From Takakia lepidozioides (taxonomy: Eukaryota; Plantae; Bryophyta), in NCBI GenBank assembly GCA_030704615.1, contig CM060734.1, forward strand, positions 25,792,001 through 25,856,000: a stretch of 64,000 nt of DNA, read 5' to 3'. The notes below the pieces were generated by a model, which was not told the origin of the DNA, did not search any database, and saw only the letters and a list, made by a program, of their open reading frames with translations. Shown piece after piece: positions 34,855-46,595 of the stretch. The first letter of the stretch is position 1. The number at the start of each line of letters is the position of its first letter. The translations under genes and the position numbers were made by a program.

Positions 34855-36255
34855 TAGTCGGTGCCGACTATAATCGTACCACAGGCAGTGGCGGACCAAT
34901 TTCAAACCCATAACCACATAGTCGGCGTAGATTATACGCCCACATGTTGTAGCCCTTTGCCTGGAGGGTGAGGGGTCGGGACACAAGAGGGGCTGCCCCT
35001 GTGGTGGGGGCAGTGGCAGCAAATCGGGATAGGGGCTGAAGCACGCTTGAGTGCCAAAGGCACTCAAGGAGGCGGAGGTGCTCACTAGGTGGAGCCCCGC
35101 CAACCGGGTTGCGGTGGGGGGGGCTCCGTGTGGGGTGGTGGTAGCATAGGGAGTCGTAGTGGGGGTGGCATAGGACTCACCATGAGGCTGAGGCCTTGTG
35201 GTGGGAGTCGTGGGGAGTCTTGGGACTCACCACGGTCCATTGGGGCCGTGGTGGGTGGGCCAAGACTCACCACGGCTCATCACAGGAACAGTCGAGGGTC
35301 TAGGTGGTGGTGCACCAGAGTTGGACTACTTGTGGAACCCCCGCGGACACCTATAGAAGTATATATAGGTGAGAACGGTGCAAGCCCATTGGTGACCAAA
35401 AGCTAGTGAGTAAGCGTGCGAGCCGGAAAGCGACCAAGGTGTGGGGAGCTATTCCGGACTGCCATCTACCAAAGGGAATTTCCACTAGGCCCAAAGTGGT
35501 GGAGGGTCTTTTGGAGGCGCAAGGGGGACCCTTATGACCCGGTGAGAAGCCGAAGCTCCGGGTTGGCCCGGCGGCCAGTTTGAGTTAAGCGCGCGCATCA
35601 AAGCGAGTAACTATGACTTGAAGGGGAGTTTTTTGAAGTGAGGTGCACGACACAACAGGCTACGACAACCGACCACATCCAACCGATGAGGCAGTACTCG
35701 GTGCAGACTATAAGCAGCATAGACAGTGCCGGACCATTTACCGAGTACAGACGAATAGTTAACGTCATACTCAACATGCTATGTACTATAGACGCAAACG
35801 GACCATTTAGTGTCTAACAACCAGCCGGTAGGGACGTAGTCGGTGCAGACTATAAGTACACGTTCAGGAAACTGTACATAGTTGTTGCTGACTATATAAA
35901 CATTTTAATCTGAAGACTGCGCCGGTCCAATAACTGACCAAACACCTAGCCGATTAGGCCATAGTTGGTACAGACTATAAATACAGAGTAAATCCATGCA
36001 CAGTTTCCCCTTTCCGATGGCATAGTCATTGTCGACTATGTAACACTTTTAATGTACCCAGTCAGCTGGACCAAGCACCATTTCGCAGACAGTGCCTACA
36101 GTGGCTTTCTCCCTGCCCATGACATAGTTGTTGCCGACTACATTAGTCTTTTAACTGTCAACTTGGAATCCTCATTTGAGCGAACCAAGATACGACAGCT
36201 GGAATAAACAGCCAGGAAAATTGTTCCTATGCTATATAGTCGTTGCAGACTATAA
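34855..36255. repeat. Dispersed array of palindrome ATAGTCG-N4-CGACTAT (split by a solo LTR)
   Basis: Copies near 34855, 34918, 35695, 35836, 35878, 35961, 36022, 36124 and 36236. Confidence 0.75.
34945..35652 (+). mobile_element. Solo LTR, family E
   Basis: TGTTGTAGCCC...GCACGACA; TSD CCACA/CAACA. Confidence 0.88.
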
Positions 36256-36342
36256 GGTGGATATTCATATCCTGACGCATGTGTGAAACCGACAAACTTG
36301 CAAAGTAAGGTATGGAAACCGTTGTATAGAAACCATGATGTG

Positions 36343-37334
36343 TGTCGAGCGGCTTTTACTCACCCATCCCTTCGCTATCCGAGGTGGAAACTCCAAGATA
36401 GAAGAGTTGGATATCTCTAAGCACTTAGCCCGCTTAGAACAATCAGTCATGACCTACAGCTAGTGTATCATGGGGGTACTTCCTATTTGTATTCCTTCTC
36501 ACATTCATATTAGTAAGTTACCTTACTGTCTATGTTTTAAGTATCAGATTGCTTCAGCAATCTGCCAGGTTCCAATCACTCATCCATTCATTCTACAACT
36601 TCACTCAGGTCTCTCTACACAATGTGAGTATGGTATATGTATCAGATTAATATCTATCAAGTATCAGGCCGAAGCCATGGTGTCTCTAATCTGCTCTACA
36701 GTACAACTCTACAGCTTGCATTCATCAAGCATCAACAGATCGTGTCTCCTCCTCCACTACTCTCTCCATCCCTCGGCTCCAGATCGTCCTTCTCTCCCTG
36801 ATGACCAAGTCGTTCCCCCCCCCCCAAGAAGTGTCCCCCTGTTGCTGCTACTCTGCCTAATCTATCTTCAAGTTGTTCTAACCGGCTAACTAACTAACTG
36901 TCATTCAAGACATAATGCACGTTCCCTCTGCAGATGTCGTTCCCACACAGTCGTTCCCTACCAATAATAACCATTCCCTGTGAATGTTGTGGCGGCTGTG
37001 CCGCACTGTGCCAAGCTGTGACTTGTTGTGTCGGACTGTGTCGAGCTGTGTCGGGCTGTGTCGGGCTGTGACTGGCTGTGTTGGCCTATGTCGGGTTGTG
37101 ATAGACTGTGATAGGCTGTAATAGGCTGTGATAGGCTATGTAAGGCTGTGTCAGACTGTGACAAGTTGTGTCAAGCTGTGTCTAACTATGTAAGACTATG
37201 ACTGACTGTGTAAGCCTGTCTACCACCCCTAAGGCCCGTGTTGGTCTAAGTCTACCATCCGTAAGTCTACGTAAAAATTAAGGGTACCCCACAGAACCCG
37301 TAAAACTGTGTAAGTCCCAGACAGCCCTCTAACA
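36343..37334 (-). repeat. 3' LTR of A3
   Basis: TGTTAGAGGGCTG...GCCGCTCGACA, not followed by a PBS. Confidence 0.92.
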
Positions 37335-37351
37335 TTATCCCTCCCCCTCTC
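37335..37351 (-). other. Polypurine tract
   Basis: GAGAGGGGGAGGGATAA directly upstream of the 3' LTR. Confidence 0.88.
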
Positions 37352-37417
37352 AAAAAGCCGTGTCCTCACGGTTTACTGTTTAGGATCAGCAAACCTTTGT
37401 GAACAAACACCGTTCTG

Positions 37418-40400
37418 TCAATGAGAGTCCCGTGGAGGGCTCTGTGTGCGAGCCCGAGCCCTGTCGCTAGCTGGTGGAGATGGCTGTCCCCCAAATGGAA
37501 ATGACTGCCCTTCCTTCGGCTGATAAGGAGGTAACTTCTCCGGCATAGGAGATCCCCATCGATTCTTCTCTGCCATTTGTATTGCATAGTCCTCAGCCAT
37601 GTCAAAAGGTTCTTCCATAGAACCAGTAGCATCAGACTCATCCTCCCCCCGATGGCCTTTTGGTGCTCTGACCTTCTGTGGCGTCTCAGGAATACTGCGT
37701 GGCATACTGTGTTTGCCCACCATGTCTGGAAGTTTAAACTTTAAAACTTGTATCAATCTCTTGCGGGCAAAATTAGTGTATTCCCGCAGTTCCTTGTTCG
37801 TATAGGTGAGGGGTGAGCCAATGACATTGGAATAGTGTAACCATTTCCTAGCTTCATGTCCCTTAGAAAAGATGTGGTCAAGACCCAAGTTTTCTTTGGC
37901 CAAGTTCTCCAAAGCAAAATCAAACCAAGAACAAAGTTGGGGATCCTTCTGCAACATGATCCTCACATCATACAGATATGTATGGGATGGAACTGAAGGT
38001 ATCACCCAATGATCCTCAGACTTGGAATAAGTCTGAAATCGCATCTGCATCTTTTGTTGCTCAATGTGATAGCGTGAAATAAAACAAGCAGCATAGTATA
38101 GTCCACAACCCATGACCAAACTAGGTACCTCCTTGGTCTTGGTGTAGATGTACCCATGAACAATCTGGAAGGCAATTAATTCCTTTAGCATGGTGCCTGC
38201 CTTAGACCAATACCTCGCAAAATGGTGATCTTCAATGGGTCGGTTATTCAGAAGAACCTTAGTCCGAGTTGCCACTGGCAACCAAATGCGCATGATCTGG
38301 TAATAGTGTGCCAAAGACTCTGGAGGACTGAATTCTTTCCAAGCCAAATCCATAACAATGGGAATTTGGTTGAAGGGCATAATCATAGCCCGATTGTACT
38401 CAAGTGCAGCAGGAGTCTTAGGTGGGTTAAAAGAAGCATCCCCCCAAACCTCAGATTGCTGCAGTGCCATGGTATCAACAGTGTCGACTTGTTGTGGTTG
38501 CTGTGATATTGGCGCCACTATCCCTCCTGTTGTTGGCAAGTCCTGCACCTCATGTGATGAAGATTGGAAAATCAGAGCCTCACGTGCAAATAAGTAGCCA
38601 TAAGCCGTTCCTCATGAACAAAGGCCTTTTTGTCAATGTTGGTGCTCAAGTCATCCACTTTAGTCTGCAGTCCTTCCACATCATCCTGCAACTCAGCTAT
38701 CCGACTATAGACATTGTCTATAGTGGTTGTGGCAATGTTATGCACTAGTAGCCTGAGATCATTCATCTCCTCTTGGGTGAGCTTTTTTGGTGCCTTCCCT
38801 TTCACCGGCCCTTGTGTTAACCACTCTTGCAAAAGATGATTATCCACCAAATCCTGTGTAGCACCCTGGAGATCCTGCTCCTCCTTGAGTCTATATGTTT
38901 GCAACTGCTGCTATAAACTCTCCATGCGCTTCGCATGAGGTTCAACCAGAGCTGCATAGGCAGTAGACAGATTATTGGCTTCCTTCCAGGCCTTGTTAGT
39001 CACAGAAAGCTCATTCTTTCATGCAGTGAGTGTTTGCTGCAACTCAAGGATGTACCTATCATTCTGGGCATCAATCTGACTGTACTGTTGAAAGGTATCC
39101 TCATTGCGACGGATAGTAGCCTTCAAGTTAGCAATGAATTTCGCCTGTTCCAGTGACCCAGCCTCCACCATTAAACATCTCTCAGCTTGATTCTTAACTT
39201 CTAATGCAATAAGCTCTAGAGTAGTTGTTAGTGTGGCACATTGGATGGTCATTTTCTGATGAACTGCCTCCAACTCTGTATGAAGCAACTTCACTTCCTG
39301 CAATTTGCCCTCATGCTTCACCTGCAACTGGTATAGCTGTTGCTTGTGTACTTCATGCAATTTCTCTTGCTCCAGACCTGCTTCAATCAGGTTTTCCTTC
39401 GCAAGCTATAGAGCAGATTGAGTGTCCTCCAACTCTTTCTGCAACTTAAGGTTGGCCTCCACATCCACCTTATTTGCACACTCAGTGGCAATTCTTGCCT
39501 CAAACTCCTGCTTGAGCTCATCCCTCAACGCTGCCAATTGTGTGGAAGGAACATGGGATTTCATACAGGTGCCCAACAAATTAAGTGTCCTGCTTATGGA
39601 ACTCATAAGCATGGCCTGCTGTGGGTCTTCATGGAGAACTTGCTGTTGTTCTCCCTGACCCTCCACAGTTTGATGTTTCTCAAACCAGTCAAGCCATGAT
39701 CCCACAGGATTTACTTCCTGAGCAATCTCATCCTCCACAGGTGCTGCAGTTCCCTTGCACTCTACCCCTTTAACCTCCGCCACAGGTTTGGGCATAACTT
39801 GCACAGCAGGGATTTCCCTAGGCAGACTCTGCATCTTTGGTACTATTGGTTCTCCGACCATGCCAGAGTTTTCATAGAGAAGGTCACCCTTCTCAATTTC
39901 TCCCACTACCTGCTCTGTAGTGGGGATGTCCAACCCCTCTCCCTCCACAGCAAGAGGCTCCGGTGTGACAACATGTACAATCTGAGTTACCCCTGGGGCA
40001 ACCGGGTCAACTGGTTGTGGTGGTTGTGGTACTGAGGTAACTTCTTCCTCCCTCTCCGAAGGCCGTGCTTCCAGCAATAACAGCCCCCTGTGCTGCTGCT
40101 CCTCATCCTGCACAAGAGCTATGGAAACATCATCTTGTGGTCTCCTTGTAGCTAGTGGATCTGCCACTACAGTCGCATCCCGCTTCTGTCTCTTGGACTG
40201 GTGTTGCCCCTCCAATCCCCCTTCACCTTGTGAAGAGCCATGCTCCTCAACTGCAGTTGTGGCTGTCTCAAACACTCCCATCACCTTGCGTTCTCGCGCA
40301 TCAAGCAAACAAGAGTCAAAGATAATTTGCGCAATTATTGGGCCAGACACAATGATCGGGGACTTAGCAGTAGTATTTTGTAACCACTTCATCTCCTCCA

Positions 40401-40935
40401 CCAGACCATTGAACATCATCTCCGCCCAAGCTACATCCTCTCCTCTCAAGGCTTTCAGTACCTCCTCCGTGAAAGATCTGCTAAGGTACTGTTGGTTCTG
40501 TTTCATGGTAAACAGAATGTTCAGTATTTGGCTAATTTCCCTCAACCTTGGATACGCGGCCTTGGTGCGGGTGAATCCCTGGTTCCTAAAGAAACTCGTT
40601 TCTTGGAACAGATCCCCTATTTGCAGTCTTACCATGTGCTCATCCACGTTCACATGACTAGATGGCAAATCAAGCAGTTGTTGCAAATACTGCGGAGTAA
40701 CCTCTATATCTACTCCCTTCACCTGGGTAACTCCTGTCCGAGGCTCAAAGTTCTGGATGAATTGGATCATCAACCCCCGATGATGCAAAGACCACTCTTT
40801 GCGTAGCAACCCCTCCAATCGCAGCTCCTTCAGCAGCTGCAGTGCCTGCGGTGTAGCGATTGTCTGCTTCTGTAGAATCGTCGTGCTCTTCACCCTGAGA
40901 TCCTCCATTCCTCTAATTCTCTTCATCCCGGACAA
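37418..40935 (-). pseudogene. Family A 3' extra ORF (~1170 aa reconstructed): plant-transposon/env-like N-terminal domain, acidic linker, coiled coil, C-terminal globular domain
   Basis: ORFs starting 40935, 39360 and 38904 share one frame; a 1-nt deletion near 38580 is repaired by the copy at 58510-60510. Confidence 0.8.
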
Positions 40936-41689
40936 TCAAGAAGGCCTTGTTTGGAATAGCTGTAGGAAAGCTTGCAGGGCGTAAAGCATGAAAGTATGGT
41001 TGGCACAGAATGGAACAGGTAAGTGTAAGCCTGTGGGGCTTGCAAATAGTGAGTGAGAGAGAATGTACTTTCAACCCGTCCGTCCTTGCGCCACTGCGTA
41101 AGAAGTAGCACTAGCGTATAGTCTGTGATATCCGCCATAGCTACAAAGCTATAGCTTTGATTGCCCCTCCCTTCGAGACGCTGGTTATCCGGAGCAACCC
41201 CTACTCTTCCGCTCATAACCTTTTTAATTTCTTGTTCTTGTTTCTTGAATGGAACCACTTGCATAAAATTCACGTTCCTGATTGGTCGTTGCCTCCTTGG
41301 GTAACTTCTCAATTTTACCCTCATCCGTTCACATTCCAACTTGGAATGCCCACTAGGACTGCACATGTGGCAAAGGTCCCCCTTTGCCGGATGCGTAAAG
41401 GGTTCCGTTACCTGCCCTCTGGATGCATTAATGGGCCCGTAATTAGTTTCGGCTGATGTACCGGGTAGGTACTTTGACGGCCCTGTTTGTCTTTTTGCAT
41501 GATAGCGCCCGCTATTGCAGTACATACAGTGCGGAGTGCTTTGCCCCATTGGCCACGTGTTTGAATTCAAACACTCTACCGTCTCCCTCTGTCCGCGTGG
41601 CACATTCTCCGAGTTTGACTTCCAAACTGCCTTTACACTCACCGGCCACTTCCCTGACGTTAACCCGCGTCCACCTATCACTGACCCTA

Positions 41690-44287
41690 TGGACTGTGCA
41701 ACCTGTGTGGGCTGTGTTGGGCTATGACAGGCTGTGTCAAGTTGTGGTGAGCCATGATATGATGTGTTAAACTGTGGTGGGCTGTGATGGATGTGTGAAC
41801 ACTTGTGTTCTCTGCTATGGCCATACACATTCGGCTTACGACAAGTGCTTCATGTTCCGTTGGTGTTACTGGTGTAGTCTGTAACTGCATCTGTGTTTCA
41901 AGATGCAAATCATGCTGCAATGGTCTATCATGGATACCACTGTATCCCTTCAACTTATTGGCATTGACTCTACCAAGCATCTTTTTGTTAATGGTTTGTA
42001 ACATGGCTGTGTTGTTATCATACATCTTCTGTATGACATAAGGTCCTTTCCATGGTGACTTAAGCTTATAAGCTTTAATCTTTCCCTTCTTCTGCAACCA
42101 CAATACCAAATCACCTGTCTTAAAAGTCTTCAATTTACCTTCATCAAACTGATCCTTCCTCTTTATCTGAATTCTGGTCATGTTATCTGCTGCATCAGCA
42201 CGTACTTCTTCCACATGATATAATTCATGTTTCCTTACTTTGATTGAATCCTCCAATTCCATTCTCCTTCCCCATTCAGTTCTCATAGTAGATAATAAGA
42301 ATTCCACTGGAAGTAAAGCTTCCATACCGTAAACTAATTGGAATGGTGTATACTTGGTGGTGACTTTATATGAAGTCCTGTATGACCACAAAGCTGTCAA
42401 CAGCTTCGTATCCCAGTTTGTTCTGTTTGCATTGACTTAGCCAAGATAGTGCATAGTATTTTGTTGGTGGCCTCTGCCTGCCCATTGCCCTGTGGATAAT
42501 AGGTTGTACTCTTCCAGTGCACAATCATGAACTCTTTAGTCAATAGTTTTATGGTCTCATTAATGAAATGACTTCCCTGGTCACTGATAAATTCTAGGGG
42601 ACAGCCAAATCTCGTAACTATGTTCTCATATAGGAACCTTGCTATGGACTTAGCTGTGTTGTCCCTCAGAGCCTTAGCTTCCACCCACTTTGTAGTATAA
42701 TCAGTGGTTGTGATTATATACTTGTTCTGTGTATTCTTGGCTGGTGGATTAATTGGTCCAACAAAGTCTAGTCCCCATTTTTGGAATGGTTCAGTAGGCA
42801 TCGTAGGATGCAAAGCCATCTTCCCAGATCTTTGCAAAGGTCCTAGCCTCTGACACTCATCACAACTCTTGCAATACTTGTGTACATCCTTGAACAAAGT
42901 AGGCCACCAGTAACCTGCAAGTAGTATTTTTCCACTGGTAGTCTCCTCTCCAAAATGACCTCCAGCCACTCCTTTATGAACTTCTTCCAAAACTTTATTT
43001 ACTTCATGGTGGTACAAGCATCGCTTAAGAACTCCATCAGGTCCTAGCTTATACAATCTTCCATCTATCATAGTGTATGGTAGAGCCTTGATAGCTATTC
43101 TCTTCCTATGCTCCTTCCCATAACTGGGTGGGCACTGACCATGAGTAAGGTAGTATCTGATTGGCCACTGCCAATCTAACCAATCATCTGCACTTCCCTG
43201 CACCTCCACTGCAAATAAACTCGCATCAGGCAGTTGGTCGTCTACTCCCGTGGCGGGCTCCCCTGTTGATAGCCGTGACAAGTGATCTGCCACAAGATGC
43301 AAACGGCCAGGCTTGTAAACAACTTTGAATTCAAACTCGTGCAAGATTATCAACCATCTTGCTATCCTGTCACTTATCAAAGGCTTGTTCACCAGATAAA
43401 TCAAAGCCTGATGATCCACATAAAACATAAACTTCCTTCCCAATAGGTAATGCCTGAATTTCTTGACTGCATAAATCATTGCCAAAGTTTCTCTTTCAGT
43501 AGTGCTATAGTTCCTCTCAGCATTGTTCAACAATCTGCTAGCATAATACACAGATGAATCTATGTTTCCTGTGACATTTTGGGCTAACACAGCTCCCAAT
43601 GCTTCTCCTAAGGCATCACAGTGTACATGAAATACCACATGCCAATGCGGGTTAATCAGCATAGGTGTAGTTGTTCCTGACAATGTAAGTGCCTCGAATG
43701 CCTGTTGTCATTCAGCTGTCCATGCAAACACTGCATATTTCTTCAAAAGCTTGCTCAATGGAGCGGCCATCTATGCATACCGTTTGACAAACCTTCTATA
43801 ATAAGTAGTTTGTCCAAAGAACCTCCTTAGACCCTTAACATTACTTGGTGGTGGTGAGGCTTTAATAGCCTCTGTCTTTCTAGGATCCACAAGTAGTCCC
43901 TTCTTACACACAATGTGTCCCAGTAGCACCCCTGAGTTCACACAGAAAGTACACTTTTCTGGATTCAGACCAAGACCTCTCATCCTGCATCTGACCAAAC
44001 ATAACTCCAACTTCTGCAAGTGCTCATTCTTAGAGCTGTATAGACTAAAATCATCTAAGAACACTTGCATGAAATCATCCAAATACTCATGGAAAGATTC
44101 ACTTATCACTCTCTGGAAAGTTGCTGGTGCGTTACAAAGTCCAAAAGGCATGACTTTGTATGCATAAGCACCCCAGTCTGTGATGAAAGCTGTCTTTCCC
44201 TGGTCTTCTTCCACCACTTGCACTTGGTTATACCCAATGAAGCCATCCATGAATGAGTACATCTCATGGCCTGCCATAGTGTCCAGT
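41690..44287 (-). pseudogene. pol: pol remnant (RT, RNase H, integrase)
   Basis: [52 protein letters not shown]. Confidence 0.95.
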
Positions 44288-44999
44288 TGTCGAGCGGCTT
44301 TTACTCACCCGTCCCTTTGCTATCCGAGGTAAAATCTCCAAGATAGAAGAGTTGGATATCTCTAAGCACTCAGCCCGCTCAGAACAATCAGTCATGACCT
44401 ACAGCTAGTGTATCATGGTTGTGCTTCCTGTTTGTATTTCTTCTTGCTTTCATGTTAACAAATTACCTTGTTGTGTATACTTAAGCATCAAATTGCTTCA
44501 GTAATCTTTCAGGTTCCATTCACTGATCCATTCATTCCACAACTTCACTCAAGTCTCTTTACATAGTGTTATTGTATCGAATAGGTGTCAGATTAAGATT
44601 TGTCATGTATCAAGCCGAAGCCATGGTGTCCCTAATCTACTCTACAGTCTAACTCTACAGCTTGCATTCATCAAACATCCGCAGATCGCGTCCCCTCCAT
44701 CACTGTACTCTCCATCTTTGCTCCAGCTCGTGTTCTCCGCCTGTTCTCCTCTCCTGATGATCAAAGAGTGCTCTCTCCCCAATAGTTCTCCCCGCCGAAG
44801 CGTGTCCTCTCCAAGTTACTACTCTGCCTAATCTACCCGCAAGCTGTTCTAACCGCCTAACTAACTAACTGTCATCTCAAGAAGTAAGCACGTTCCCTCT
44901 GCAGATGTCGTTCCCACACAGTCGTTCCCTGCCAATGATAACCGTTCCCTACGTACGCTGTGACGGGCTGTGCCAAGCTGTGTCGGGCTGTGACTGTGC
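44288..44999 (-). repeat. Family A LTR A4 (3' ~710 bp), abutting A3 RT and cut by A5
   Basis: Ends GCCGCTCGACA then RT codons LDTMAGHEM with no PBS; truncated inside the CTGTG repeats. Confidence 0.88.
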
Positions 45000-45126
45000 T
45001 GTTAGAGGGCTGTCTGGGACTTAGACACTTTTATGGGTTTTGTGGGGTACCCTTAATTTTTGTGCAGACTTACGGATGGTAGACTTAGACCAACAGAGGC
45101 CTTAGGGGTGACAGGCGCAGGCTTTA

Positions 45127-45177
<51 letters not shown>

Positions 45178-45879
45178 GTAGATAGGCTTACACAGCCCGA
45201 CACAGCCTCACACAGTCGACACAGTTTCGCACAGTCAGACACAGCTTCACACAGTTTCACACAGCCAATCACAGCCCGACACAGTCCGACACAGCCAGTC
45301 ACAGCTTGGCACAGCCACAGCCCGACACAGTTTGGCACAACCAGTCACAACGTACATAGGGAACGGTTATCATTAGCAGGGAATGACTGTGTGGGAACGA
45401 CATCTGCAGGGGAAACGTGTTACTTCTTGGGGTGACAATTAGTTAGTTAGGTGGTTAGAACAGCTTTCATGTAGATGAGGCAGAGCAGCAACGAAGGGGG
45501 GATCACTTCACGGGGAGCGCTTCTTGGTCATGCATGAGAGGAGATCAGGCGGAGAGCAAGGATGGAGAGCACGGTGAAGGAGGAAAGATGAGCAGTAGAT
45601 GTTTGTTACATGCAAAGCTGTAGTGATACTGTAGGGCAAATTATAGTCACCATGGCAGTGGCCTGATACCTAATAAATCATAATCTGATACTTATTCGAT
45701 ACAATTACACTGTGTAGAGAGACATAAGTGAAGTTGTGGAATGAATGGATGAGTGAATGGAACTTGGTAGATACTGAAGCAATCTGATGCTTCAGTATAC
45801 ACAATAAGGTAAATCGCTAACATGAAGGCAAGAAGAAATACAAATAGGAAGCACAACCATGATACACTAGTTGTAGGTC

Positions 45880-46575
45880 ATGACTGATTGTTCTGAGCGG
45901 GCTGAGTGCTTAGAGATATCCAACTCTTCTATCTTGGAATTTCCACCTCGGATAGCAAAGGGATGGGTGAGTAAAAGCCGCTCAACATTTGGCGACCATA
46001 CTGGGGAACTGGGTCATGAACAACCAGATGTGACAGGCATCTGGTGGGATCATGGTGGTTGGAGAATTAAAGAATTTGATGTGAATCAAATTCCCTGTGA
46101 ACTGAGAAGGAAAGATTGTCCAAACAATTCTTTCAGAAGTTCTTGGAATTGCCAGATTGTTGCAAGGAAAGTATTCTCGAGAGAGTGCATGATGTTGACC
46201 CCCGAGTGGGGTCTGGAGAAAGGAGTGATAAAGATTTATCAGGTGGCCTGTAGAGGGAGAGCACGTTGGTTACCAACACTGGTTTATGTGATAGCATTGC
46301 TATCCATTAAGCGAGTAGAGTTTGAAGGCTGGGAGGAAAGGAAAGTGAATATTTACACTCATATGCATGAAGAGCTTGTACTGGTAAAGAATTGGATTCC
46401 TAAAGATATCCTGTGGATCAAACTGACACCAAGAACAACTTTTCAGACGTGCTTGCCATATGGATATATGGTAACAAAGACCTCTAGTATAGCCAAGGGT
46501 GCATTGAAGCTTGAAAGAAATCCGGGCATATACGAGAGATACTACAGGAGAGAGTTTTGATTATTGCCTCATTAA
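45880..46575 (+). pseudogene. ORF0 of A5 (compensating frameshifts at ~46100-46200, late stop)
   Basis: Matches 432..1127 outside the shifted segment. Confidence 0.8.
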
Positions 46576-46595
46576 AGATATGAAAGATATGGGAC

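Larger units (their letters stand above)
36343..44287 (-). mobile_element. Family A copy A3, 3' part: RT-RH-INT, long 3' ORF, PPT, 3' LTR
   Basis: pol motifs; PPT immediately before TGTTAGAGGG. Confidence 0.93.

Noticed and set aside
37418-40935. Retroviral env gene
   Set aside because: No obvious signal peptide or transmembrane anchor; reported as an extra ORF of unknown function
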